The notes below the pieces were generated by a model. The model had not been told where the DNA came from, did no database searches, and saw only the letters and a program-made list of their open reading frames with translations. Source: Candidatus Anderseniibacteriota bacterium (GTDB lineage: Bacteria; Patescibacteriota; Andersenbacteria; UBA10190). From it: a stretch of 64,000 nucleotides of DNA. Location of the stretch: assembly GCA_021414205.1 (NCBI GenBank), contig JAIOOW010000003.1, forward strand, positions 64,048 through 128,047. Reading direction: 5' to 3'. Position numbers and translations under genes: made by a program. Shown piece by piece: positions 63,445 to 64,000 of the stretch (the first letter of the stretch is position 1; every line of letters begins with the position of its first letter).

Positions 63445-64000
63445 TGGCTAACAAGCTGACGGTCGAAGAGGTGCAGGAGAGGTTTATTCGGTGGGGGGAA
63501 GCGGGTGTGCAGGATGCTACTCTCCGGAAAGAATTCGCCAACGTTCCAAGCGAGGAGCTGCAGGCGATTCTGGAAGCTGGAATGCTAGGCGATGATCACT
63601 GGCTCCGACAGGAGGATGATCAGTGGTTCTTGGTGGACTTTGTGGGTACGAGCCGCACGTGTGCGCTTCGAATCGCACAGACACTGATCGCCAACAAGCT
63701 GCTGCCGGTAAATCAGAAGCCGAAGGTGGAGGATCTGGACAACTTTACCACAGAGGAGTTGTGGAGGCTTGTCGATCTGTATGAATTTACGATCGCGTGT
63801 TTCATGGATGCGATGCATCAAGATCCCAGCCACGAAGTCAACAGGCCATATCGCGAGCTGAAGAAGCGGTTCGACGCGCTGGAAAGCAATAACGCAAAGC
63901 TGCTCCAGGAAAAGCAGCAGGCGGTGGCCGATCTTGGCAAAGCGAATGGCGAGGTCGCAAAGCTGAAAGACGATCTGGCGAAGAAGCCGGTAGTCGCAGC
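63445..64000 (+). CDS. partial hypothetical protein (3' end beyond window) with atypically high GC and CTG/GAG-biased codons
   Basis: Open frame from GTG at 63445 to the window end (over 185 aa): VANKLTVEEVQERFIRWGEAG...coiled-coil KLLQEKQQAVADLGKANGEVAKLKDDLAKK. RBS aaaaggagg sits 6 nt upstream. Not in the ORF track because there is no stop or ATG. Confidence 0.5.

Noticed and set aside
63585-63833. 82-aa minus-strand ORF inside the high-GC region
   Set aside because: It is antisense to the longer, RBS-preceded plus-strand frame. A chance ORF favoured by high GC.

Overview
This 64-kb window looks like a small-genome bacterium with about 45% GC and very dense coding. Most genes are on the minus strand and are core housekeeping genes: ksgA, uvrD/pcrA, hup, infB-rbfA, trmD-rpsP, smc-rnc-nusB-rpmF-rnhB, ftsH, rplS, rny-clpP-tig-nusA, rpsA and gyrA. 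RNA genes are unusually dense: one complete rRNA operon on the minus strand (16S, 23S and 5S, about 16.7-25.1 kb) and 14 tRNA genes in total. No CRISPR array, transposase or integrase was seen. Accessory content that stands out is listed here.
- The 16S-23S spacer is about 3.5 kb and contains three protein genes, including the CCA-adding enzyme, between tRNA-Ile and tRNA-Ala.
- An AT-rich island of about 28-30% GC sits beside tRNA-Ile(UAU) and tRNA-Val. It carries a HigB-like (phage Gp49-like) toxin, an XRE-type antitoxin and two tightly linked genes of unknown function.
- A MacAB-like tripartite efflux operon lies next to the island.
- Four tandem paralogous small membrane proteins (plus a fifth shorter relative) resemble the pilins of conjugative type IV secretion systems (TrbC/VirB2 family). 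They sit downstream of an ABC substrate-binding lipoprotein.
- A GC-richer two-gene module (SPFH/band-7 protein plus a 382-aa membrane protein) is flanked by a terminator and tRNA-Leu(UAG).
- A block of surface proteins that are low-complexity, membrane-anchored or carry a signal peptide lies at the left edge.
- A partial gene at the right edge has about 59% GC and CTG-dominated codon usage, but sits behind a consensus host-type promoter and ribosome-binding site.
Taken together, the long C-terminal tails on ribosomal proteins L19 and S16, the short SMC, the cell-wall hydrolase cluster (LysM-M23, 3D and RlpA-like), the pilin-like array and the odd rRNA operon suggest a reduced-genome, possibly episymbiotic Patescibacteria/CPR-like lineage. 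That is inference only. No tools or databases were used; tRNA and rRNA boundaries are hand-derived and accurate to a few nt.
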